Positions 63,999 to 64,000 of a stretch of DNA of 64,000 nucleotides are shown here, piece after piece. The stretch's first letter is position 1. Each line of letters starts with the position of its first letter. A program made the translations under genes and the position numbers. The notes beneath the pieces are model-generated. The model was not told where the DNA came from. It worked only from the letters and a program-made list of their open reading frames with translations, and searched no databases. Source of the stretch: Takakia lepidozioides (Eukaryota > Plantae > Bryophyta); NCBI GenBank assembly GCA_030704615.1, contig CM060732.1, forward strand, positions 6,572,001 to 6,636,000. Reading direction: 5' to 3'.

Positions 63999-64000
63999 TG

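Larger units (their letters stand above)
56196..64000 (+). mobile_element. Element 4: diverged member of the element-3 family, running off the window
   Basis: Starts TGTCACG. 56196-56490 is homologous to repeat A. 58570-59171 aligns with 18990-19610. Gag (61813-63998) is highly similar to element-3 gag, and the protease motif starts at the window end. Confidence 0.9.

Overview
Eukaryotic, repeat-rich land-plant DNA. A non-seed plant such as a bryophyte, lycophyte or fern is inferred from the element types but not proven. Contents: (1) a degenerate minus-strand non-chromovirus Ty3/gypsy element (1-8165), apparently nested in the gag of (2) a plus-strand chromovirus (8166-~14070). (3) A full-length 11.1-kb Ty3/gypsy element (16591-27696, 4-bp TSD GGTT) whose pol carries a DNMT3-like C5-cytosine methyltransferase between protease and RT and a PHD finger after the integrase. 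Its ends are not ordinary LTRs but split direct repeats (A1...PPT-B1-GC-A2-B2) with a palindromic circle-junction-like site and no PBS. (4) A 27.7-45.3 kb zone of unknown degenerate genes and repeats: a 324-bp (108-codon) tandem repeat, a palindrome array, two RING-H2 pseudogenes each followed by a ~120-bp satellite, and SLAC1/SLAH fragments. (5) One intact host gene, a 12-exon AVT1-type amino-acid transporter (47116-54142, minus) with a U12 AT-AC intron. (6) A second, diverged member of the element-3 family from 56196 to the window end, interrupted by a 2.64-kb TG...CA insertion with a CTAG TSD. The best candidate for a new system is the methyltransferase/PHD-carrying, split-repeat Ty3/gypsy family.
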